The position numbers and the translations under genes were made by a program. A stretch of DNA of 64,000 nucleotides from Macrostomum lignano. Lineage: Eukaryota. Where the stretch lies: assembly GCA_002269645.1 (NCBI GenBank), contig NIVC01001787.1:31217-95216 (forward strand), given 5' to 3'. This document shows, piece by piece, positions 22,565-32,858 of the stretch. Below the pieces are notes generated by a model. The model saw nothing but the letters and a program-made list of their open reading frames with translations, was not told where the DNA came from and searched no databases. Every line of letters starts with the position of its first letter. Within the stretch, counting starts at the first letter, position 1.

Positions 22565-25500
22565 AGAGCGATTCCGGATGAGGGTTTGGCGATTCTGGAT
22601 GAGGGATGGGGCGATTCTGGATTAGGGATGGGGCGATTCTGGATGAGGGATGGGGCGATTCCGGATGAGGGTTGGGCGATTCTGGATGAGGGATGGGCGA
22701 TTCTGGATGAGGGATGGGGCGATTCAGGATTAGGGATGATGGGGCGATTCTGGAGTAGGGATGGGGCGATTCTGGATGAGGGATGGGGCGATTCTGGATT
22801 AGGGATGGGGCGATTCTGGATGAGGGATGGGCGATTCTGGAGTAGGGATGGGGCGATTCTGGATTAGGGATGGGGCGATTCTGGATTAGAGATGGGGCGA
22901 TTCTAAAGTAGGGATGGGGTGATTCTGGATGAGGAATGAGGCGATTCAGGATTAGGGATGATGGGGCGATTCTGGATTAAGGGATCGTGTATGGATTCTT
23001 GAAAGAGGGATGGGGCAATTCTAGATGAGGGATGAGCGATTTTTGGATTAGGGATGGGGCGATTCTGGATTAGGGATGGGGCGATTCTGGATCTGGGATG
23101 GGGCGATTCTGGTTTAGGGATGGGGCGATTCTGGATTAGGGATGGGGCGATTCTGGATCAGGGATGGGGCGATTCTGGATTAGGGATGGGGCGATTCTGG
23201 ATCAGGGATGGGGCGATTCTGGATGAGGGATGGGGCGATTCTGGATTAGGGATGGGGCGATTCTGGATTAGGGATGGGGCGATTCTGGATTAGAGATGGG
23301 GCGATTCTGGAGTAGGGATGGGGCGATTCTGGATGAGGGATGAGCGATTTTTGGATTAGGGATGGGGCGATTCTGAATTAGGGATGGGGCGATTCTGGAT
23401 CAGGGATGGGGCGATTCTGGATCAGGGATGGGGCGATTCTGGATCAGGGATGGGGCGATTCTGGATGAGGGATGGGCGATTCTGGAGTAGGGATGGGGCG
23501 ATTCTGGATGAGGGATGGGGCGATTCTGGATTAGGGATGGGGCGATTCTGGATTAGAGATGGGGCGATTCTAAAGTAGGGATGGGGTGATTCTGGATGAG
23601 GGATGAGGCGATTCAGGATTAGGGATGATGGGGCGATTCTGGATTAAGGGATCGTGTATGGATTCTTGAAAGAGGGATGGGGCAATTCTAGATGAGGGAT
23701 GAGCGATTTTTGGATTAGGGATGGGGCGATTCTGGATTAGGGATGGGGCGATTCTGGATCTGGGATGGGGCGATTCTGGATTAAGGATGGGGCGATTCTG
23801 GATTAGGGATGGGGCGATTCTGGATCAGGGATGGGGCGATTCTGGATTAGGGATGGGGCGATTCTGGATTAGAGATGGGGCGATTCTAAAGTAGGGATGG
23901 GGTGATTCTGGATCAGGGATGGGGCGATTCTGGATTAGGGATGGGGCGATTCTGGATTAAGGGATCGTGTATGGATTCTTGAAAGAGGGATGGGGCAATT
24001 CTAGATGAGGGATGAGCGATTTTTGGATTAGGGATGGGGCGATTCTGGATTAGGGATGGGGCGATTCTGGATCAGGGATGGGGCGATTCTGGATTAGGGA
24101 TGGGGCGATTCTGGATGAGGGATGGGGCGATTCTGGATTAGGGATGGGGCGATTCTGGATGAGGGATGGGGCGATTCTGGATTAAGGATGGGGCGATTCT
24201 GGATGAGGGATGGGGCGATTCTGGATGAGGGATGGGCGATTCTGGAGTAGGGATGGGGCGATTCTGGATGAAGGATGGGGCGATTCTGGATTAGGGATGG
24301 GGCGATTCTGGATTAGAGATGGGGCGATTCTAAAGTAGGGATGGGGTGATTCTGGATGAGGGATGAGGCGATTCAGGATTAGGGATGATGGGGCGATTCT
24401 GGATTAAGGGATCGTGTATGGATTCTTGAAAGAGGGATGGGGCAATTCTAGATGAGGGATGAGCGATTTTTGGATTAGGGATGGGGCGATTCTGGATTAG
24501 GGATGGGGCGATTCTGGATCTGGGATGGGGCGATTCTGGATTAAGGATGGGGCGATTCTGGATTAGGGATGGGGCGATTCTGGATCAGGGATGGGGCGAT
24601 TCTGGATTAGGGATGGGGCGATTCTGGATTAGAGATGGGGCGATTCTAAAGTAGGGATGGGGTGATTCTGGATCAGGGATGGGGCGATTCTGGATTAGGG
24701 ATGGGGCGATTCTGGATTAAGGGATCGTGTATGGATTCTTGAAAGAGGGATGGGGCAATTCTAGATGAGGGATGAGCGATTTTTGGATTAGGGATGGGGC
24801 GATTCTGGATTAGGGATGGGGCGATTCTGGATCAGGGATGGGGCGATTCTGGATTAGGGATGGGGCGATTCTGGATGAGGGATGGGGCGATTCTGGATTA
24901 GGGATGGGGCGATTCTGGATGAGGGATGGGGCGATTCTGGATTAAGGATGGGGCGATTCTGGATGAGGGATGGGGCGATTCTGGATGAGGGATGGGCGAT
25001 TCTGGAGTAGGGATGGGGCGATTCTGGATGAAGGATGGGGCGATTCTGGATTAGGGATGGGGCGATTCTGGATTAGAGATGGGGCGATTCTAAAGTAGGG
25101 ATGGGGTGATTCTGGATGAGGGATGAGGCGATTCAGGATTAGGGATGATGGGGCGATTCTGGATTAAGGGATCGTGTATGGATTCTTGAAAGAGGGATGG
25201 GGCAATTCTAGATGAGGGATGAGCGATTTTTGGATTAGGGATGGGGCGATTCTGGATTAGGGATGGGGCGATTCTGGATGAGGGATGGGCGATTCTGGAG
25301 TAGGGATGGGGCGATTCTGGATTAGGGATGGGGCGATTCTGGATGAGGGATGGGGCGATTCTGGATTAGGGATGGGGCGATTCTGGATTAGAGATGGGGC
25401 GATTCTAAAGTAGGGATGGGGTGATTCTGGATGAGGGATGAGGCGATTCAGGATTAGGGATGATGGGGCGATTCTGGATTAAGGGATCGTGTATGGGTTC

Positions 25501-26050
25501 TTGAAAGAGGGATGGGGCAATTCTAGATGAGGGATGAGCGATTTTTGGATTAGGGATGGGGCGATTCTGGATTAGGGATGGGGCGATTCTGGATTAGGGA
25601 TGGGGCGATTCTGGATTAAGGATGGGGCGATTCTGGATTAGGGATGGGGCGATTCTGGATCAGGGATGGGGCGATTCTAGATTAAGGATGGGGCGATTCT
25701 GGATTAGGGATGGGGCGATTCTGGATTAGGGATGGGGCGATTCTGGATTAGGGATGGGGCGATTCTGGATCAGGGATGGGGCGATTCTGGATTAAGGATG
25801 GGGCGATTCTGGATTAGGGATGGGGCGATTCGGGATTAAGGGATCGTGTATGGATTTTTGAAAGAGGGATGGGGCAATTCTAGATGAGGGATGAGCGATT
25901 TTTGGATTAGGGATGGGGCGATTCTGGATTAGGGATGGGGCGATTCTGGATCAGGGATGGGGCGATTCTGGATTAGGGATGGGGCGATTCTGGATTAAGG
26001 GATCGTGTATGGATTCTTGAAAGAGGGATGAGGCAATTCTAGATGAGGGA
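22565..26050. repeat. 22-bp G-rich minisatellite array (~155 units) with higher-order structure, in LIPE intron 2
   Basis: Unit GGGATGGGGCGATTCTGGATTA with recurring landmark insert GGGATCGTGTATGGATTCTTGAAAGA. Confidence 0.95.
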
Positions 26051-26679
26051 TCCATCATCCTTGCTTGTTAAAAGCGATTTGAAAGTTTTTTTAATTAAGA
26101 AATAATAACAGACTATTTCTCAGTGTCAAGTGGCAGAATCTGTTCAATAAAACTATTAATAGACCTGACAGGCAATGCGTCAAGCATTTTTGCATCTAGA
26201 AATTTCCGTTCAATGTTTTTAGATAATCAGCACACGCAAAGTCTGAAATTTTCAGTCTGACCACATTTCATACGGGTTTCTTGTGTTATTCAAGTTTAGA
26301 CTTTGGAGCTGACACGACTATTGGCGCAGGCTATGCTTGTGCAGCGGTCAGTCCTAGTTGACCCCGCCCTCACTCCCCCCTAGCTGAGCCACGCATGGTC
26401 TCTCTCTCAGCTACATTTATAGGTCTTAAGCAGAAGTAACCAACTAGCAGCTATTCTTATTTTCAATTGTGTTTTGCCACGTGTTGTTGTGATGGCAGCT
26501 AAATTGTTTCCTGACCCTAAGTTAGTTAAACTATGGTTTAGAAAGTTGAAAGAATATTGAGGTTGAAAAATAGCTGCGCATTAGAGCTAATTACTGTAGC
26601 ATAATTGGTTGGGTGTGCCATAGGTTATGCGACTGAATCTCGGTCTGTTGTACTGAGTCTGCGATCGTGTGATTTAATA

Positions 26680-27166
26680 TTGAGATTGCAACCCCCTCTG
26701 CTGTACTTAGTCTGTGATGATCACGTGATTGCAACCCCCTCTGCTGTACTTAGTCTGTTATGATCACGTGATTGCAATCCCCGCCAGCTGTACTTTGTCT
26801 GTGATGATCACGTGATTGCAATCCCCGCCAGCTGTACTTAGTCTGTGATGATCACGTGATTGCAATCCCCGCCAGCTGTACTTAGTCTGTGATGATCACG
26901 TGATTGCAACCCCCTCTGCTGTACTTAGTCTGTGATGATCACGTGATTGCAATCCCCGCCAGCTGTACTTAGTCTGTGATGATCACGTGATTGCAATCCC
27001 CGCCAGCTGTACTTAGTCTGTGATGATCACGTGATTGCAACCCCCTCTGCTGTACTTAGTCTGTGATGATCACGTGATTGCAATCCCCGCCAGCTGTACT
27101 TAGTCTGTGATGATCACGTGATTGCAATCCCCGCCAGCTGTACTTAGTCTGTGATGATCACGTGAT
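26680..27166. repeat. 43-44 bp minisatellite (GTGATTGCAATCCCCGCCAGCTGTACTTAGTCTGTGATGATCAC), 11 copies, in LIPE intron 2
   Basis: CACGTG recurs every 43-44 nt from 26722 to 27159. Confidence 0.93.
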
Positions 27167-27276
27167 ACCCGCGTGATGTGCTTTCTTCAATCGCTTGAAC
27201 AACAAATGTTGCTTTACTTTGTGTTTGCAATAGAAAAAAATTAAGTTTCAGTATCAACTCCCAATGTGCTTCGCAG

Positions 27277-28539
27277 ATTCCCGACAAGGTGAACATCGCT
27301 CCGCCAGTGGCGCACCGCGGCCCCGACGCTGTCGCCTGTCGACTACTGTGCCATCGGGCCCGCGTCGGCATGACCTGGTTGCTAGGAAACCTGCCCCCAG
27401 ACACGGTGGCCCCCTCCAATTGTCTAATCTTTCACGTTCACGGAGGCGGCTTCGTGGCGCAGAGCTCCCGCAGCCAGGAGGTGTACCTGCGCCACTGGGC
27501 CCGCGACCTCGACTGTCCAATAGTCAGCGTAGACTACAGCCTAGCGCCAAAGAATCCGTTTCCCCGCGCTCTTGAAGAGGTGTTCTTCAGCTACGCCTGG
27601 TGCCTGAACAACTTCCGCGCATTAGGCAGCACCGGACAGCGGATTATCGCCGTTGGCGACTCGGCCGGCGGCAATCTAATCCTGTCTATGAGCATCCGCT
27701 GCGTGCAGTTCGGCATCCGGCCGCCGGACCTGCTGCTGCCCATCTACACCCCCGCCCTGATTCGGTTCACGCCGTCTCCGTCCCGCCTGATGGCCATCAT
27801 GGATCCGCTGCTGCCTGTCGGCATTCTGACCCGCTGTCTGCTGGCCTACGCCGGCATCGACGAGGGCTCTTTGCTCGGACAGCTGGCCGAGAATGGCCTG
27901 GCCGCGTCGTCGTCGTCGGCGAATGCGGCTGCGGCTGCGGCGTCAAAATCTTCGGCGCCGCCGGACAGCGCGCATTCGGACGAGATTTTCTCCTGGGACG
28001 ATTGGACGGCTGGCGAGCCGGCCGGCGATGAAGCTTCGTCTTTGTCGTCGAGCGGCGTCTGCGGCCGCCTGCCGGTAAGTCGATCGGCGCCGGCGCTGCC
28101 CCAGCAGCTGCAGTCGCCGAGGCCGGAGCGGCGGCGTCAGGCTCAGCAGCAACAGCAGCGGGGAGCCTCGGAGCTGGACTTCCTAGCCCAGTTGGGCGAG
28201 CGACATTTTGCCCAGAGTCCGATCGAGACCCCGCTGACAAAGATTCGCATCGCCGGGCCGTTCATCATACCGCTGGACCCGTTCATGAGTCCCTACCTGG
28301 CCGACGATGCCGACTTGGCCCGCCTGCCGCCCGTGCACATGATCGCCTGCCGTCTGGACCCCTGCCTTGACGACAGCATCATGCTGGCTAGGAAACTGTC
28401 CGAGCTTGGCCGGCCAGTTAAGCTGGACGTGCTTTCCGATTTGCCGCACGGCTTTCTTAATTTTAATTTGACCAGCCGAGACGCCAAGGCCGGATCGGAT
28501 TTTGTGGTGCAACGACTGAGAGAGGCCATGTCCGATTGA
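27277..28539 (+). CDS. LIPE: Hormone-sensitive lipase exon 3 (catalytic alpha/beta-hydrolase domain); spliced product ~739 aa
   Basis: Acceptor ttcgcag|27277; IAPPVAHRGP, HVHGGGFVAQSSRSQ, VDYSLAPKNPFPRALEE, GDSAGGN (Ser), RLDPCLDD (Asp), LPHGFL (His). Confidence 0.95.
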   Translation: MPDKVNIAPPVAHRGPDAVACRLLCHRARVGMTWLLGNLPPDTVAPSNCLIFHVHGGGFVAQSSRSQEVYLRHWARDLDCPIVSVDYSLAPKNPFPRALEEVFFSYAWCLNNFRALGSTGQRIIAVGDSAGGNLILSMSIRCVQFGIRPPDLLLPIYTPALIRFTPSPSRLMAIMDPLLPVGILTRCLLAYAGIDEGSLLGQLAENGLAASSSSANAAAAAASKSSAPPDSAHSDEIFSWDDWTAGEPAGDEASSLSSSGVCGRLPVSRSAPALPQQLQSPRPERRRQAQQQQQRGASELDFLAQLGERHFAQSPIETPLTKIRIAGPFIIPLDPFMSPYLADDADLARLPPVHMIACRLDPCLDDSIMLARKLSELGRPVKLDVLSDLPHGFLNFNLTSRDAKAGSDFVVQRLREAMSD

Positions 28540-28586
28540 TCTGCAGTTTTTTAATCAATAATTATTCTCTGTTACCTGGATTTAAC

Positions 28587-28592
28587 AATAAA
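28587..28592 (+). promoter_or_regulatory. Probable LIPE polyadenylation signal AATAAA
   Basis: First AATAAA, 48 nt after the stop. Confidence 0.5.
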
Positions 28593-28694
28593 GCATGTAC
28601 TTAATAACTTTCGGCCGATTTTTAGCCTTGCAGTTTACGTTTTTCAACTGCAAATTAGAGATAGGAAAGTTTGATTTTTTAAAGTATGGATTCG

Positions 28695-30200
28695 GAGCTA
28701 AGATTAGAGTTCTTGATCTGGGGATTTGGGACTGGGATTATTGGGTTTTAGATCTGGGGATTTGGAACTGGGATTATTGGGTTCTAGATCTGGGGATTTG
28801 GGACTGGGATTATTGGGTTTTAGATCTGGGGATTTGGGACAAGGATTATTGGGTTTTAGATCTGGGGATTTGGGACTGGGATTATTGGGTTTTAGATCTG
28901 GGGATTTGGGACTCTGATTATCGAGTTCTAGATCTGGGGATTTGGGACTGGGATTATCGGGTTCTAGATCTGGGGATTTGGGACTGGGATTATCGGGTTC
29001 TAGATCTGGGGATTTCAGACAGGGATTATCGAGTTCTAGATCTGGGGATTTCGGACTGGGATTATCGGGTTCTAGATCTGGGGATTTCGGACTGGGATTA
29101 TCGGGTTCTAGATCTGGGGATTTGGGACTGGGATTATCGAGTTCTAGATCTGGGGATTTGGGACTGGGATTATCGAGTTCTAGATCTGGGGATTTGGGAC
29201 TGGGATTATTGGGTTCTAGATCTGGGGATTTAAGACAGGGATTATCGAGTTCTAGATCTGGGGATTTCGGACTGGGATTATCGGGTTCTAGATCTGGGGA
29301 TTTCGGACTGGGATTATCGGGTTCTAGATCTGGGGATTTCGGACTGGGATTATCGGGTTCTAGATCTGGGGATTTCGGACAGGGATTATCGGGTTCTAGA
29401 TCTGGGGATTTCGGACAGGGATTATCGGGTTCTAGATCTGGGGATTTCGGACTGGAATTATCGGGTTCTAGATCTGGGGATTTCGGACTGGGATTATCGG
29501 GTTCTAGATCTGGGGATTTGGGACTGGGATTATCGGGTTCTAGATCTGGGGATTTCGGACAGGGATTATCGAGTTCTAGATCTGGGGATTTCGGACTGGA
29601 ATTATCGGGTTCTAGATCTAGGGATTTGGGACTGGGATTATCGGGTTCTAGATCTGGGGATTTCAGACAGGGATTATCGAGTTCTAGATCTGGGGATTTC
29701 GGACTGGGATTATCGGGTTCTAGATCTGGGGATTTCGGACTGGGATTATTGGGTTTTAGATCTGGGGATTTCGGACTGGGATTATCGGGTTCTAGATCTG
29801 GGGATTTCGGACTGGGATTATCGGGTTCTAGATCTGGGGATTTCGGACTGGGATTATCGGGTTCTAGATCTGGGGATTTGGGACTGGGATTATCGGGTTC
29901 TAGATCTGGGGATTTGGGACTGGGATTATCGAGTTCTAGATCTAGGGATTTGGGACTGGGATTATCGGGTTCTAGATCTGGGGATTTGGGACTGGGATTA
30001 TCGAGTTCTAGATCTAGGGATTTGGGACTGGGATTATCGGGTTCTAGATCTGGGGATTTGGGACTGGGATTATCGGGTTCTAGATCTGGGGATTTGGGAC
30101 TGGGATTATCGGGTTCTAGATCTGGGGATTTGGGACTGGGATTATCGGGTTCTAGATCTGGGCAGTTGGGTCTGGGATTATCGGGTTCTATATCTGGAGA
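28695..30200. repeat. 36-bp G-rich minisatellite (TCTAGATCTGGGGATTTGGGACTGGGATTATCGGGT), ~42 copies
   Basis: Tandem units visible immediately downstream of LIPE. Confidence 0.95.
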
Positions 30201-31839
30201 TTTTGGACCGCGATAATCGAGTTCTATTGCAATAGATTTGATGATTGCATACTTTGCTCAGTTGTCTTCTTGTACTGATATTTTAGATTATTACCAGTTT
30301 TATTTTACAACTAAGTTTGTGCACATTCTAGTTTCAATTTGTTTGCGTACATGCTACTTATCGAGTAGTTATACAAGCGGATGGTTATTGACTTGTCTTA
30401 CTAAAAAAAGATGTTTTCAACTGACATTTTAAATTTCCCTTACGCGTATTCTCATTTTATTCATCAAATGTACTCTTATTCATAGATGTTCTCTATTATT
30501 TTAGGTTATAGTAACTCCGAGGCAAGCCTTAACTTGTTAGCTAGGCTGCTCAAAATTCCAGTTATGTACCAGGTCTTTCTCTGGTTTTCTGCTTATTAAA
30601 TCTCTTGCACTGCTGCTTAATGTGTGCTTATTGTGATTTCGTCTGTGTTATACCGTTATTATATGCTTTCCTAGATACATTCAAGTTAAAACAGCGTGTG
30701 ACAGAAATGTTACAGAACGTAAAGCTATTAGCATCATAGCGAGATTATTCGGCAATTTTAAAAAAATTATTAATTGCCTAGACTAATACAGTGTTATGCA
30801 TGCATTTTTATTGTCTTCTCGGATTAAACGTTCGGGTAATTTTGTACATAAGCTTGTACTTTGTGTGCTACATTCTTGGTAAAAAATTATTGACGTTATC
30901 AAAATTACTTCGCTATCAATCAAACAGTATGCTGTGTTTTAATGCAACTCTGGTCTGTTGCTTTGTATATATATATATAAATATCAACTGCTGTTAATAA
31001 GCCTTCTGATTTTGAGTATTTCGATCATTTTTAGCTCCGATATTTGATAATATACGGTGTAATACAAATTTAGTAATTGGAATAGCGTTTGCAAATAGCA
31101 GAGCTGCGGTTGATTGAAAATATTATTTTGAAGTTTCTAATAGTAGTATATAATTTTCGTTTAAAAACCCGATAAATCTACGTTCTAAGTAGTTCAAAAT
31201 GTTACAGCAGTTCTTGTGTCGAGTGCCAAGTAACAGCAATGCCAGTGATAAGCCAGAAATGCATACAGTTCTCGTGCGATCACTCCGCCAGTTTTTTAAA
31301 TTTATTCAAGAATACAAGCGGAATTAGAAATTTTCACCCTGTATTAGGAGAAATGGTATTGATTAGACATGCAATTTCCAAATGACGTAACGAATTCTGT
31401 AACAGCGAAATTAACACTGCGAAGTTTTTACAACGAAGTTGACAAATCAGCAATTATGTGGAATATGAAAGCAATTTCTGTATTATACGCCTCATCAAGT
31501 TAAAAAAGCGATTTTTGACCCCTGATACTATAAATCAAAATGAACAGATTTCATTTTTACTCGTACTCGGGCGTTAACTGAAACTACGCTCGTAGTTTTA
31601 CAGCTTAAAAATGTTGAACTTTATCTTTCTAGAAAAACCAATACCCTGTACTCGTATTTAACTATTTGAAAATAAGATATGCAAAGTCGGTATTTAGTTT
31701 AGTAGACAGTTGAATAGTACTAAATTAAATGTGAATAAAAGTGAATAGGCATTTCCAAAGCAAGTTGTAACATCGTTAATAACGATACGCACTATAGATT
31801 TAGAATTCCGCGTTTCTTAGGTTAATTACTATTCGCTAG

Positions 31840-31858
31840 CCAATCGCAGGAGACCACA
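31840..31858 (+). promoter_or_regulatory. ERSE-like ER-stress response element CCAAT-N9-CCACA
   Basis: CCAAT cgcaggaga CCACA, ~200 nt upstream of the HSP90B1 ATG; canonical ERSE is CCAAT-N9-CCACG. Confidence 0.55.
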
Positions 31859-32055
31859 TCTAAAAGCGTGTGAAGACGCTGGCGCACGAGTTTAAATTGA
31901 GTTTCTTTTTCAAGTTTAATTTATATTCTGAAAAATAATCTGAAGAGTTTGATACAAAGTGACACTAAATTAATATTCTAAGCTTTCATTAAATTGCACT
32001 GACTTGTTTCGTACGCTTATTCAAGCCGAATTCGAATCATAAATAGCTGGTGGAA

Positions 32056-32104
32056 ATGCGTCAGCGATATATAATCCTAGCATTTTTCATTCTAATTTCA
32101 CTTG
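32056..32104 (+). CDS. HSP90B1: Endoplasmin/GRP94 exon 1 (signal peptide MRQRYIILAFFILISL)
   Basis: ATG 32056; donor G|gtgagt (phase 1) joins acceptor ttcacag|gc at 32859 to give ...[15 protein letters not shown]. Confidence 0.82.
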
Positions 32105-32858
32105 GTGAGTATTCCGAAATCTGGCGTCAATTAATTTGGCTTGAAGTTCTATACACTTCACAGGTTTATCTGACTTTACATTTGACTGTAACTAATGTTA
32201 GTTTGTGTGAAAAAAATTGCGACTAAACCAAATAGACTTTGTCAGCATTAGTTTTTGTAGAGTTGAATATAAATTGCCAGTGTCATATATTAATCTGTTT
32301 TATATTGTCTTGTTATTTTTGTTGAGTCCATTCAATCTATATATTTTGAAATAATTCCTTTTAAATAGGATGTGTTATAAACCTGCTATGGCTATCACTA
32401 TGCAATTTTATTTTTGCTTGTGTATATTAGTTTTTAGGGCCTAAAATTTGTAATTGCCATATTTTTTATATACTAAGTCAATTATTCAAAAACCTTTATA
32501 ATAAATTGGAGCCTAATTAGTTACAACTTAGTCATAAAAAAATCCTATTGTGATAATATTTAAAAATTAATAGTAAACTTTATTTACATTTTGTATTATA
32601 ATAAACTAAATAAATAAGACTTTTTAGTATGAAAAGCTTTCAAAAATAGTCAAACATTGAAAACCAAACTTTTAAATCTTATTTAGATTATATGTTAATT
32701 TTATTTTAATCTATAAGTATAGTTGATTTAAAAATTTTTTCTTTTAACAGGTTGTTTCTAGTTAAAGTCTAGTTTCAAGCATCGAGTATAAGTCAAATTG
32801 TATTAAAATATGTCTTACTTTATTAGCTATTTAAATCAACATTTTATTTAATTCACAG

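Larger units (their letters stand above)
13851..23007 (+). repeat. Tandem segmental duplication, copy 2
   Basis: Essentially identical to 4698-13852; continues into the rest of the LIPE intron. Confidence 0.97.

Noticed and set aside
28595-30216. Long repetitive ORFs (424 aa GLGLSGSRSGD, 212 aa WDWDYRVLDLGI)
   Set aside because: Open only because the 36-bp unit is a multiple of 3; they lie after the LIPE poly(A) signal with no unique coding flanks or splice support
32741-32760. Extra acceptor-like site cttttaacag|g upstream of HSP90B1 exon 2
   Set aside because: Using it introduces stops; the 32858/32859 acceptor gives a clean signal peptide
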